Below, piece by piece: positions 1-7,960 of a stretch of DNA of 32,000 bases (positions are counted from its first letter, which is position 1; every line of letters starts with the position of its first letter). This stretch comes from Aliivibrio fischeri ES114 (GTDB lineage Bacteria; Pseudomonadota; Gammaproteobacteria; Enterobacterales; Vibrionaceae). The stretch lies in NCBI RefSeq assembly GCF_000011805.1, contig NC_006840.2. The stretch is one strand, 5' to 3'. The notes below the pieces were generated by a model. That model was not told the DNA's origin. It did no database searches and saw only the letters and a program-made list of their open reading frames with translations. The position numbers were made by a program, and so were the translations under genes.

Positions 1-788
1 TAAATTTTTTGGACAAAAGGCTTATCTTGATGTAATCCGATTTCAAGTTCAGACGCTTCATAGCCTGAAAAAACTGGAAAAGTGAACTCTTTTTTACAAA
101 AAAGAGCTGTTAATTCTTCACACTTTGTAATGAATGCATGTTGGCTGACAACCCACGACTTCTGCGTTGCCTGTGCATAAACAAAACCAACTAAGTTATT
201 AAGGTAACTACCTAAATTATTCTTCGGAACACCAATAAGCTTAGAAAAAATCATTTTTTCTAATACTTGAACGTTATCAGCTTGTGTAAACAAAGTAACT
301 TTACCAAGTAAATTTTCTCGTAAAGTTTTATCCGAACTCATAACTGCTCGCTGTAATTTAATAATTTGAGACGATTTGCCCCTATCAAGCAAATCCTCTT
401 TACGTTCTGAAAAAATAGCCTCAAGTACTCCCATACGTTGATCGACTGTTTGTGTATTCCAGTCTTTTAGGCGAGTTTTTACTCCAAAAGCTTGAGTTGT
501 ATGAAGCACTAAAAGGCCATATTGTGTATGGTCAAATTCTGGTTCCAACCAATTCTTGAGCGTTTTCCACAGGTTTTCATGATGATCAGTTAGCGGCGCG
601 GCGTAATTTTTCACTTCAATTTGACAAGATGTAGAAGCATTTGATGAAAGTAGGCTCACATCACCATCCTTTTCAAACCAGACGGATTGACCTTCTTCAA
701 GAGAAAAACACTTATCCAAACCAATCAGCACTTGATAATGAAAGGCTAATGCCGTTGTTAAGGCTGCATTTTTAGTTTGTCCTTTCAT
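1..788 (-). CDS. Partial CDS (N-terminal 262 codons; runs to or off the left edge): PD-(D/E)xK nuclease-domain protein resembling DUF4297 / Cap4-type dsDNA nucleases
   Basis: Absent from the ORF track because no stop lies in the window. I checked every minus-strand codon from ATG 788-786 down to position 3 and found no in-frame stop. The product starts MKGQTKNAALTTALAFHYQVLIGLDKCFSLEEGQSVWFEKDGDVSLLSSNASTSCQIEVKNYAAPL. The F-x-YQ helix followed by D-G-D and E-V-K matches the D...E-x-K core I recall for Cap4/DUF4297 N-terminal endonuclease domains. The last two bases at the edge read TA-, so the ORF either stops exactly at the edge or continues. Confidence 0.6.
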   Translation of the reverse strand, partial: MKGQTKNAALTTALAFHYQVLIGLDKCFSLEEGQSVWFEKDGDVSLLSSNASTSCQIEVKNYAAPLTDHHENLWKTLKNWLEPEFDHTQYGLLVLHTTQAFGVKTRLKDWNTQTVDQRMGVLEAIFSERKEDLLDRGKSSQIIKLQRAVMSSDKTLRENLLGKVTLFTQADNVQVLEKMIFSKLIGVPKNNLGSYLNNLVGFVYAQATQKSWVVSQHAFITKCEELTALFCKKEFTFPVFSGYEASELEIGLHQDKPFVQKI

Positions 789-1073
789 GCCTTTCTAGTC
801 CTCATATTCATTTATAAAATTGTATTGAATTTTTAATTACAGGCAAACAACATTGTGCAACCATAAATGCCTACACCCTACGGTCTCCAAACTAAGCCAT
901 CTTACCGCACGACCGCATATTCCTTCTACAAATAACAGAGCAAATCCACCACCATTTTTCAAAACTGCTTATAAATTCACAAAAGTTAACTTGGCTCAAA
1001 TACAGTCCGTTATTTATTACGCTAGACTACAGCTAATTTTCGAGTCACTTCACACTTTATCTGGCCGTACATA

Positions 1074-3986
1074 ATGACTTCATGGATTCTTTCAACAAAC
1101 CCGATTGCTCGTCTCTTTAAAAAAGAAGCGGTTGTAACAATAGATAATGATGGAATACGTATTGTTCAGGCCGAAAATGAAACCATCATTAAATGGGATC
1201 AACTAGATTCCCCACCCAATCTTTCACTTTCTATTGATGGCGGTTGTTTAACGTTTATCTCGCAAGGAAAAAACCATCGCTACCGAATGTTGGGATATTT
1301 TACGCCTTTTAAATACGCCAAGCGTTTCTTTCCCTTCTGGGCGAATCAAAATGCAGAACGTTTACAAGATTTTCTCAGTGATGCTTACATTCAGTGCACA
1401 TCAACGTTTCTTAGAGACTCTTCGATAGAAAATATCCGTGCAGTAGTACGTAATGAAATTAAACGATGGAAAGGTTGGGATAAGGTTGAAGGATTATCTG
1501 AGCTTGCGCATAAAACGGTAACTCAACTTACCAATATTCATCATTGGTCGTCAGCTGATATTGAGAAGATTCGCCAACGCTATGTGAACAAGCAATTAGC
1601 TCAATACCAAACCTTTTTTGATAGCGTTGAATCTAACCCTTTAACCAATAGACAAAGAATCGCTTGTGTTACTGATAATGACAACAACCTCTTACTTGCT
1701 GGCGCAGGAACAGGTAAAACAAGCGTTATGATCGGTAAAGCTGGGTATTTGGTTAATAGCGGTAAAGCAAGCCCAAAGCAGATCTTAATGCTCGCTTATG
1801 GTCGAATTGCTGCTCAAGAAATGAATGAGCGAATCAAAGAAAAACTGGGCTTTGATGATGTAAAAGCGAGTACCTTTCACAGCCTTGGTGTAAAAATAAT
1901 CTCTGAAGTAGAAGGCAAAGCCCCTAGCCTATCTAAGCTTGAAGATAATCCAAAAGTTAAAGCCAAATGGATGCACGATGAGATTGAAATTCTTATGCGT
2001 GATAATAACTATAGAAAGGCGTTACTTGATTATTTTAGTTCTTATTATTTCGTTGATAAAAACCCGTGGGAATTTGAATCTCAAGGTGCTTACCTTAAAT
2101 ATCTAAATGATAATGAAGTTCAAACCATGAATGGCGAGAAGGTAAAAAGCTACGGTGAGCTTGTTGTGGCCAATTGGTTATTTAGAAAAGGAATTAAGTA
2201 TCAATATGAAGCCAAATACCGCTTTGATGTAGCTACAGAGAAGTACCGTCAATACGAGCCTGATTTTTATCTCCCTGATTATGATATCTACATTGAATAT
2301 TACGGTACTGATGAAAATGGGGATACCGCACCATACATAAATAGAGAACGCTATCAGCAAGGTATTGAATGGAAACGCAAGACACATAAGCAATATGGCA
2401 CAGGTTATGTTGAGGTTTTTTACCATCAGCATAAAAAAAGAAAACTGCCACAAGCACTTGAGAAAGAGTGACTCGCTCGAGGCGTAAAATTAGAGCCTGT
2501 CTCTGATAACGCCTTACTTGATAATTTAGAACAACTGGGACAAGTAACAGAGTTAGCAAAATTATTAGGTGCATTAGTTGATATGTACAAAGCGGCGTGT
2601 CTTGATGAAAGCGGTGTCGATAAAATCATTAAAGAATCCGTTGATCCAATGCAAACAACAAAGGCGTTGGAGTTATTAATGCCGCTTTATCAACGTTATG
2701 CTAAGTATTTAAACGATAATCAAGTTATCGACTTTAACGATATGATAGGTAAAGCCTTAGAATACGTTCAAAACCGTCAGTTTCACTCTCCATGGAAGTT
2801 TCTGTTGGTGGATGAATTCCAAGATATTTCAGAACCAAGAGCAAGATTAGTTAAGGCTTTGCGTGATAATACGGTTAAATCATCACTATTTTGTGTGGGT
2901 GATGATTGGCAAGCAATATATCGTTTTAGTGGTGCAGATGTACGCCTAACGACGGAGTTCTCTAACTACTTTGGTGCAACCTCTGAAACGACTTTAGACA
3001 TGACTTTTCGATTTAACAGCTCTATTGGTGATGTCGCCACTCGTTTTGTTACGCAGAATCCTGTTCAATTGAAAAAAGACATTAAATCACTTGTGCAAGT
3101 TGACCGCCCTGCCGTCAGTATTGTTCGTCAAGGTATTGAAGATTCTGGTATATCGGCATTAGATAAAGCACTCACAGCAATATCTAATCAAGTCATTGCT
3201 TCTAAAACACCGAGTAAAAATAAAGTCTATTTACTTGCTCGGTATTGGTATCAACTTCCCGATTTAAACCTTTTAATAAGAATAAAACACCAGTACTCAT
3301 CATTGGATATTGAGCTTCAATCTTTTCATGCCTCAAAAGGGAAAGAAGCTGAATATGTCGTTGTTATGGGGTTGGCCACAGGTAAACACGGTTTCCCTTC
3401 TGAAAAACAGACGCCACCACTAGTAGATGCGTTGTTACCACAAGGAGACAAATTTGAATATGCAGAAGAGCGACGCTTATTTTATGTTGCTTTAACTCGT
3501 GCAAAACATCGTGTTTATCTTCTGGTTGATATGATGGATGCGAGTGAATTTGTCACTGAGCTTATTAAAGCCAAGTACCCTGTAGAGACCAATGAATTTG
3601 ATGTGTCTCTTATTCAAAAAGAAGCAGAAAAGATCACTTGCCATCAATGTGGTTCTGGAGTACTAAGACCAAAAGCGGGTCAATATGGGAAATTCATGTC
3701 TTGCTCTCTTTATCCACGCTGCAAGCACAAAGAAACGCCATGTACTAAATGTGGAAGCCCAATGGCACACGATGCCACAAACAGCTATCAAGTTTGTATT
3801 GATGTCAGTTGTGGCGATAAACGTCCACTTTGCCAAAACTGCGGAAGTGAAATGAAGCTTAGACAAGGCAAATATGGCGCTTTTTGGGGATGCTCTACCT
3901 ATCGTAAAAACTATGAGAGTAACTGTTCATATAAGAAAAATTGCGAACCTTCATCACCACCAAAAAATAATCATTATTTTTTCTAA
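1074..3986 (+). pseudogene. helD: Helicase IV (HelD)-like SF1/UvrD-family helicase interrupted by a single in-frame TGA (2469-2471)
   Basis: Track ORFs 1074-2471 and 2583-3986 share one frame, and all codons in 2472-2582 are sense (LARGVKLEPVSDNALLDNLEQLGQVTELAKLLGALVD). The N-terminal region plus Walker A (FFDSVESNPLTNRQ...LLLAGAGTGKTSVMIGKAGYLV) aligns with E. coli HelD as I remember it. Motif II DEFQD lies at 2811-2825, and GDDWQAIYRF and VALTRAK lie in the second half. Extra modules are a YEPDFYL...IYIEYYG insert (about 2252-2308) and three C4 zinc ribbons (about 3639-3935). Confidence 0.8.
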
Positions 3987-3994
3987 TCTAAGTG

Positions 3995-4023
3995 TTGACA
4001 GTAAAGTTTCGGAAGCATATATT
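3995..4023 (+). promoter_or_regulatory. Candidate sigma70 promoter upstream of ibpA
   Basis: TTGACA (3995-4000), a 17 nt spacer, then TATATT (4018-4023). This would give a leader of about 230 nt before the ibpA ATG. It is a sequence match only. Confidence 0.45.
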
Positions 4024-4231
4024 GATTACATGAATTGCCATTTGGAGTTCATCGATAACCGGTTCGCCTTATTATAGGGAACAAAACGTTATCAAAATGA
4101 AGCAGTCCTACTGATTACTTACTAAAGAATAGTAGCGTTGTTTCTAACATTTAATCTTGAACCATATGTCATTAATGAGTCTACATTAGCTCTGAATATG
4201 AGTTCATTCTCTTCGCTTAATGCGTTGAGAA

Positions 4232-4254
4232 CTATTGCTTATTTTAAAGGATAG
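4232..4254 (+). promoter_or_regulatory. ROSE-like RNA thermometer hairpin masking the ibpA Shine-Dalgarno
   Basis: 5'-CUAUUGCUU-auuuua-AAGGAUAG-3'. The UUGCU element pairs with the AGGA SD (4248-4251) with one unpaired G (4237). That is the hallmark geometry of ROSE elements found upstream of small heat-shock genes, including E. coli ibpA. The ATG lies 7 nt after the SD. Confidence 0.55.
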
Positions 4255-4258
4255 TATT

Positions 4259-4681
4259 ATGCGTAATATCGATTTCTCTCCCCTATACCGTCATGCCATT
4301 GGTTTTGATCGTCTGTTTAATCTTGTAGAGAACAGCGCTAACAAACCATCTCAACAAAATGGTTACCCACCATATAACATCGAACAGAAAGACGAAAACA
4401 ACTACCGTATAACTATGGCTGTTGCTGGTTTCTCTGAAGATGCATTAACGATTTCTCAAAACGAACATATGCTGATTGTGTCAGGTGACATTACTTCATC
4501 TGAAATAAAGCCAACTTACGTCTATCAAGGCATTGCAGAACGCAACTTTGAACGAAAATTTCAACTTGCTGATTATGTGACTGTATCAGCAGCAAGCATG
4601 GAAAATGGATTACTTCATATCGATCTGGTTCGAGAAGTTCCAGAAGCCGTTCAAGCACGTAAGATTGCCATCAATAAATAG
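4259..4681 (+). CDS. ibpA: Small heat-shock protein IbpA (Hsp20/alpha-crystallin family)
   Basis: [25 protein letters not shown]...[23 protein letters not shown]...[16 protein letters not shown] is collinear with E. coli IbpA ([21 protein letters not shown]...). I prefer the ATG at 4259 with the AGGA SD; the track's TTG at 4235 would add 8 residues absent from IbpA. Confidence 0.93.
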   Translation: [140 protein letters not shown]

Positions 4682-4701
4682 CAATATACTTCATTGAGAA
4701 T

Positions 4702-4736
4702 AGCGTAAACCAATAATTTCAAAGTAAGTTTACGCT
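4702..4736 (+). other. Stem-loop between ibpA and dnaK (possible attenuator or processing hairpin)
   Basis: AGCGTAAAC (4702-4710) and GTTTACGCT (4728-4736) form a 9 bp perfect stem with a 17 nt loop. No U-tract follows (tataaaac), so it is not a classical terminator. Confidence 0.35.
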
Positions 4737-4804
4737 TATAAAACAACATCGAATTTAATTATTTGCATTAAAAAAACTAATGCGAATTAAAAGGAAAAAT
4801 TATT

Positions 4805-6703
4805 ATGGGTAAAATCATTGGTATCGACCTAGGTACAACGAATTCTTGTGTTGCTGTTTTAGATGGCGATACACCACGTATCTTAGAAAATGCAGAAGGC
4901 GAACGCACAACGGCATCGGTAATTGCTTACACAGATGGTGAAACTCTTGTAGGTCAGCCAGCTAAACGTCAAGCGATTACTAATCCACAAAATACATTAT
5001 TTGCGATTAAGCGTCTTATCGGCCGTCGTTTTGAAGACGAAGAAGTTCAACGTGATATCGAAATCATGCCGTACAAAATCATTAAAGCTGATAACGGTGA
5101 TGCTTGGGTAGAAGCGAAAGGCCAAAAAATGGCGGCACCTCAAGTGTCTGCTGAAATTCTTAAGAAAATGAAGAAAACAGCGGAAGACTTCCTAGGCGAA
5201 GAAGTTACTGGCGCAGTTGTTACTGTTCCTGCTTACTTTAATGATGCTCAACGTCAAGCGACGAAAGATGCAGGCCGTATTGCAGGTCTTGATGTTAAAC
5301 GTATCATCAATGAACCAACAGCTGCAGCACTAGCTTACGGTTTAGATAAAAAAGGTGGCGATCGCACTATCGCTGTTTACGACCTTGGTGGTGGTACATT
5401 CGATATTTCTATCATTGAAATCGACAACGTTGATGGCGAACAAACATTCGAAGTTCTTGCAACTAACGGTGACACTCACCTAGGTGGCGAAGATTTCGAT
5501 AACCGTCTAATCAACTTCCTTGTTGATGAGTTCAAAAAAGAACAAGGTTTTGATTTAAAAAATGATCCACTGGCTATGCAGCGTGTTAAAGAAGCAGCCG
5601 AAAAAGCGAAGATTGAATTGTCTTCAGCTCAACAAACAGACGTAAACTTACCATACGTTACTGCTGATGCAACAGGTCCTAAGCACATGAACATTAAAGT
5701 GACTCGTGCAAAACTGGAATCTCTAGTTGAAGACTTAGTCGTTCGCACGCTTGAACCGCTAAAAGTAGCTCTAGCAGATGCCGATCTAACTATTGATGGC
5801 ATCACTGATGTTATCCTAGTTGGTGGTCAAACACGTATGCCTATGGTTCAAGCTAAAGTTGCTGAATTCTTCGGTAAAGAAGCTCGTCGTGACGTGAACC
5901 CTGATGAAGCAGTAGCAATGGGTGCAGCAGTTCAAGGTGGTGTATTAGCTGGTGACGTTAAAGACGTTCTACTACTAGACGTTACTCCCCTGTCTTTCGG
6001 TATCGAAACCATGGGAGGGGTAATGACTAAGCTAATTGAGAAGAACACAACAATCCCAACAAAAGCGGATCAAACGTTCTCTACAGCTGAAGACAACCAA
6101 AGTGCGGTAACAATTCACGTACTTCAAGGTGAACGTAAGCAAGCAAGTTACAACAAATCTCTAGGTCAATTTAACCTAGAAGGTATCCAAGCTGCACCAC
6201 GTGGCATGCCACAAATCGAAGTAACATTCGATCTAGATGCAGATGGTATCCTAAACGTATCTGCAAAAGATAAATCGACAGGTAAAGAGCAGAAGATCAC
6301 AATCCAAGCTTCAGGTGGTCTAACAGACGAAGAAATCGAAGCAATGGTACAAGAAGCTGAAGCTAACAAAGACGCGGACAAAAAGTTCGAAGAGTTAGTA
6401 ACAGCACGTAACCAAGCGGATCAAATGATCCACGGTACGAAGAAACAAATCGAAGAAGCAGGCGATGATCTTCCAACTGACGAGAAAGAAAAAATCGAAG
6501 CCGCAATTACAGCACTAGAAGGCGTTAAGTCAGGTGATGATAAAGAAGCGATTGATGCGAAAACTCAAGAGCTAATGCAAGCAGCACAAAAGCTAATGGA
6601 AATTGCTCAACAAAAAGCTCAAGCACAACAAGGTGCACAAGCTGGTGAGCAACCTAAACAAGAAGATGATGTGGTAGATGCAGAGTTTGAAGAGGTAAAA
6701 TAA
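4805..6703 (+). CDS. dnaK: Hsp70 chaperone DnaK (632 aa)
   Basis: Collinear over its whole length with E. coli and Vibrio DnaK ([18 protein letters not shown]..., [31 protein letters not shown]-terminal [12 protein letters not shown]). The AGGA SD is at 4792-4795. Codon usage looks highly expressed (cgt/ggt/gaa/aaa rich). Confidence 0.97.
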   Translation: MGKIIGIDLGTTNSCVAVLDGDTPRILENAEGERTTASVIAYTDGETLVGQPAKRQAITNPQNTLFAIKRLIGRRFEDEEVQRDIEIMPYKIIKADNGDAWVEAKGQKMAAPQVSAEILKKMKKTAEDFLGEEVTGAVVTVPAYFNDAQRQATKDAGRIAGLDVKRIINEPTAAALAYGLDKKGGDRTIAVYDLGGGTFDISIIEIDNVDGEQTFEVLATNGDTHLGGEDFDNRLINFLVDEFKKEQGFDLKNDPLAMQRVKEAAEKAKIELSSAQQTDVNLPYVTADATGPKHMNIKVTRAKLESLVEDLVVRTLEPLKVALADADLTIDGITDVILVGGQTRMPMVQAKVAEFFGKEARRDVNPDEAVAMGAAVQGGVLAGDVKDVLLLDVTPLSFGIETMGGVMTKLIEKNTTIPTKADQTFSTAEDNQSAVTIHVLQGERKQASYNKSLGQFNLEGIQAAPRGMPQIEVTFDLDADGILNVSAKDKSTGKEQKITIQASGGLTDEEIEAMVQEAEANKDADKKFEELVTARNQADQMIHGTKKQIEEAGDDLPTDEKEKIEAAITALEGVKSGDDKEAIDAKTQELMQAAQKLMEIAQQKAQAQQGAQAGEQPKQEDDVVDAEFEEVK

Positions 6704-6750
6704 TACCTTACTCAACACTAAAGTCACCTAGACATTAATAAGAAAATTCA

Positions 6751-6786
6751 GGGCGTATTGAGGAAACTCATACGCCCTTTTTTATA
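6751..6786. terminator. Rho-independent terminator shared by dnaK (+) and the convergent 6802-7437 gene (-)
   Basis: GGGCGTAT (6751-6758) pairs with ATACGCCC (6770-6777), followed by TTTTTTTAT. An A-rich run precedes the stem, as needed for function on the opposite strand. Confidence 0.8.
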
Positions 6787-6801
6787 TCTGTTTTCTTAAC
6801 A

Positions 6802-7437
6802 TTATTTATTCTGAAAGCCTTCAATAGAAACTTTTATATACTGATCTACTTTTTCACTTGGTGTCTCGGCCATACTTTGCTGCTGATTATGCTTAAGGAA
6901 AGTGATATGAAGGCTAGAAGTGACATCAAATGGTTCCTCTGTTTTCAATTCATCTACTTTTATTCTGTCTCCAAGAAAGAAGGTGTCTATTTGACCAATC
7001 TCGCCTGTCTCTGTATTTAATTTAAATAACCCTAAATACCAAAATACGCCTGTTCCTTGATTTGATACAAAAAATGGCACAGAGAAAATCATCTCATCGT
7101 CAATATTGCCAAGATTTAAAGGCGTGATTTTGTAGTAATCTAAACCGACTGAACCACGTTCCTCACCATTTTGATATTTTCCGGTAGCCAAATGAAGATC
7201 ATCATATTCTCTCAGTTCTGTCAGAGAAGCTTTGGCTTTAGAATTAGGCAATTGGATCTGCCAGTAGTCGTCGGTATTAATACTAAATAACGTCAACATC
7301 ACATTATTCTCTGTATCTAAGCTACTTTCTGCATCCACTACATAAATATCATCATTCGTAAAATTGAAACGATAAACGCCAGCAGCTGCTATTAACAAAC
7401 TAACAGCAACAATACCCAACAAGATTTTCTTCAGCAT
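6802..7437 (-). CDS. Hypothetical exported or membrane-anchored protein (211 aa)
   Basis: Long ORF with an N-terminal hydrophobic segment (MLKKILLGIVAVSLLIAAAGVY). I recognise no family. Confidence 0.65.
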   Translation of the reverse strand: MLKKILLGIVAVSLLIAAAGVYRFNFTNDDIYVVDAESSLDTENNVMLTLFSINTDDYWQIQLPNSKAKASLTELREYDDLHLATGKYQNGEERGSVGLDYYKITPLNLGNIDDEMIFSVPFFVSNQGTGVFWYLGLFKLNTETGEIGQIDTFFLGDRIKVDELKTEEPFDVTSSLHITFLKHNQQQSMAETPSEKVDQYIKVSIEGFQNK

Positions 7438-7613
7438 GAGTGCCCCTACGATTTAGAGATAATTAAAAATATCATCACAATAACGTTAGCTAGGCTCAAA
7501 AGCCACCTCACGGTGAACACCTTTACATAAGCTAACGGTTTTCACGACTAAACCTGAAGACTTTCACCTTCTAGACCCTAGGCTAACACCATGGTCAGCG
7601 CACAAACCAACTT

Positions 7614-7687
7614 TATCCTCGATCGGGGATATACATTGACTTATCCCCGATAGGGGATATATTATTAATTATCCTCTACCGGGGATA
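7614..7687 (+). promoter_or_regulatory. Three HipB operators (TATCC-N8-GGATA) phased 28 bp apart
   Basis: TATCCtcgatcggGGATA lies at 7614-7631, TATCCccgataggGGATA at 7642-7659 and TATCCtctaccggGGATA at 7670-7687. Each matches the published E. coli hipBA operator consensus TATCC(N8)GGATA exactly. Confidence 0.85.
7636..7663 (+). promoter_or_regulatory. hipBA sigma70 promoter
   Basis: TTGACT (7636-7641), a 16 nt spacer, then TATATT (7658-7663). Operator 2 fills the spacer and operator 3 lies just downstream of the -10, which suits autorepression. Confidence 0.7.
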
Positions 7688-7696
7688 TCACATAAT

Positions 7697-7960
7697 ATGA
7701 TGGGGTGTATGATGATTTATAATCCAAAGCAATTAGCTAACCACTTAAAGCTTATTAGAACCAAACACAATTTGACTCAAACAGAGCTTGCTAAAAAAGT
7801 TGGTGTAAAACAATCCACCCTATCTAGCTTTGAGAATCATCCTGAAACGACTCAGTTACAGACACTCTTTAAGATCCTTCATGCATTAGAAGTTCATTGC
7901 ATTATTCAAGAGCAAGTCCCAGCAAGTCACGAAGACAATCTAGACGATGAGGCGTGGTAA
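7697..7960 (+). CDS. hipB: HipB antitoxin (XRE/Cro-type HTH)
   Basis: MMGCMMIYNPKQLANHLKLIRTKHNLTQTELAKKVGVKQSTLSSFENHPETTQLQTLFKIL aligns with E. coli HipB (MMSFQKIYSPTQLANAMKLVRQQNGWTQSELAKKIGIKQATISNFENNP...). Both proteins end in Trp. Confidence 0.9.
   Translation: MMGCMMIYNPKQLANHLKLIRTKHNLTQTELAKKVGVKQSTLSSFENHPETTQLQTLFKILHALEVHCIIQEQVPASHEDNLDDEAW

Noticed and set aside
853-1074. 73-aa + strand ORF ending exactly at the helicase start
   Set aside because: It lies in the divergent promoter region and has no SD. Its composition is odd (P/H/T-rich) and I recognise no homology. It is probably non-coding.
2469-2512. TGA at 2469 as a selenocysteine or programmed recoding site
   Set aside because: The downstream sequence has only a weak 5 bp GGCGT...ACGCC pairing with a long loop. 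Nothing resembles a bacterial SECIS, and helicases are not selenoproteins. A nonsense mutation or sequencing error is the simpler explanation.
2178-2629. Three overlapping minus-strand ORFs (91, 113 and 67 aa), and similar antisense ORFs at 3663-3866, 6166-6381, 8628-8846, 10125-10355, 11009-11231, 13869-14075, 14417-14653, 18806-19202, 21098-21747, 22176-22442, 23464-23697, 24465-25157, 27691-27997 and 31129-31408
   Set aside because: All lie inside, and antisense to or out of frame with, strongly supported genes. They have hydrophobic or low-complexity translations typical of shadow ORFs in AT-rich DNA.
4156-4188. CTTGAA at 4156-4161 as the -35 of a sigma32 promoter for ibpA
   Set aside because: The best -10-like element (CTACATTA at 4181) is 19 nt away and lacks the CCCCAT core. 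This does not meet the consensus.
4235-4258. Upstream alternative starts suggested by the ORF track (ibpA TTG 4235, aqpZ 17407, DUF2256 11482, 11623 TTG, aspC 27001, photolyase 11265, hipA GTG 7954)
   Set aside because: Homolog N-termini and SD positions favour the downstream ATGs. The extensions add residues absent from E. coli counterparts, or, for ibpA, overlap the thermometer hairpin.
7485-7587. Imperfect distant inverted repeat GTTAGCTAGGC (7485-7495) / CCTAGGCTAAC (7577-7587), and ACGGTnnnCAC direct repeats between the exported-protein gene and hipB
   Set aside because: The repeats are short, imperfect (1 nt indel) and about 90 bp apart, so they could arise by chance. No structure or known motif supports a function.
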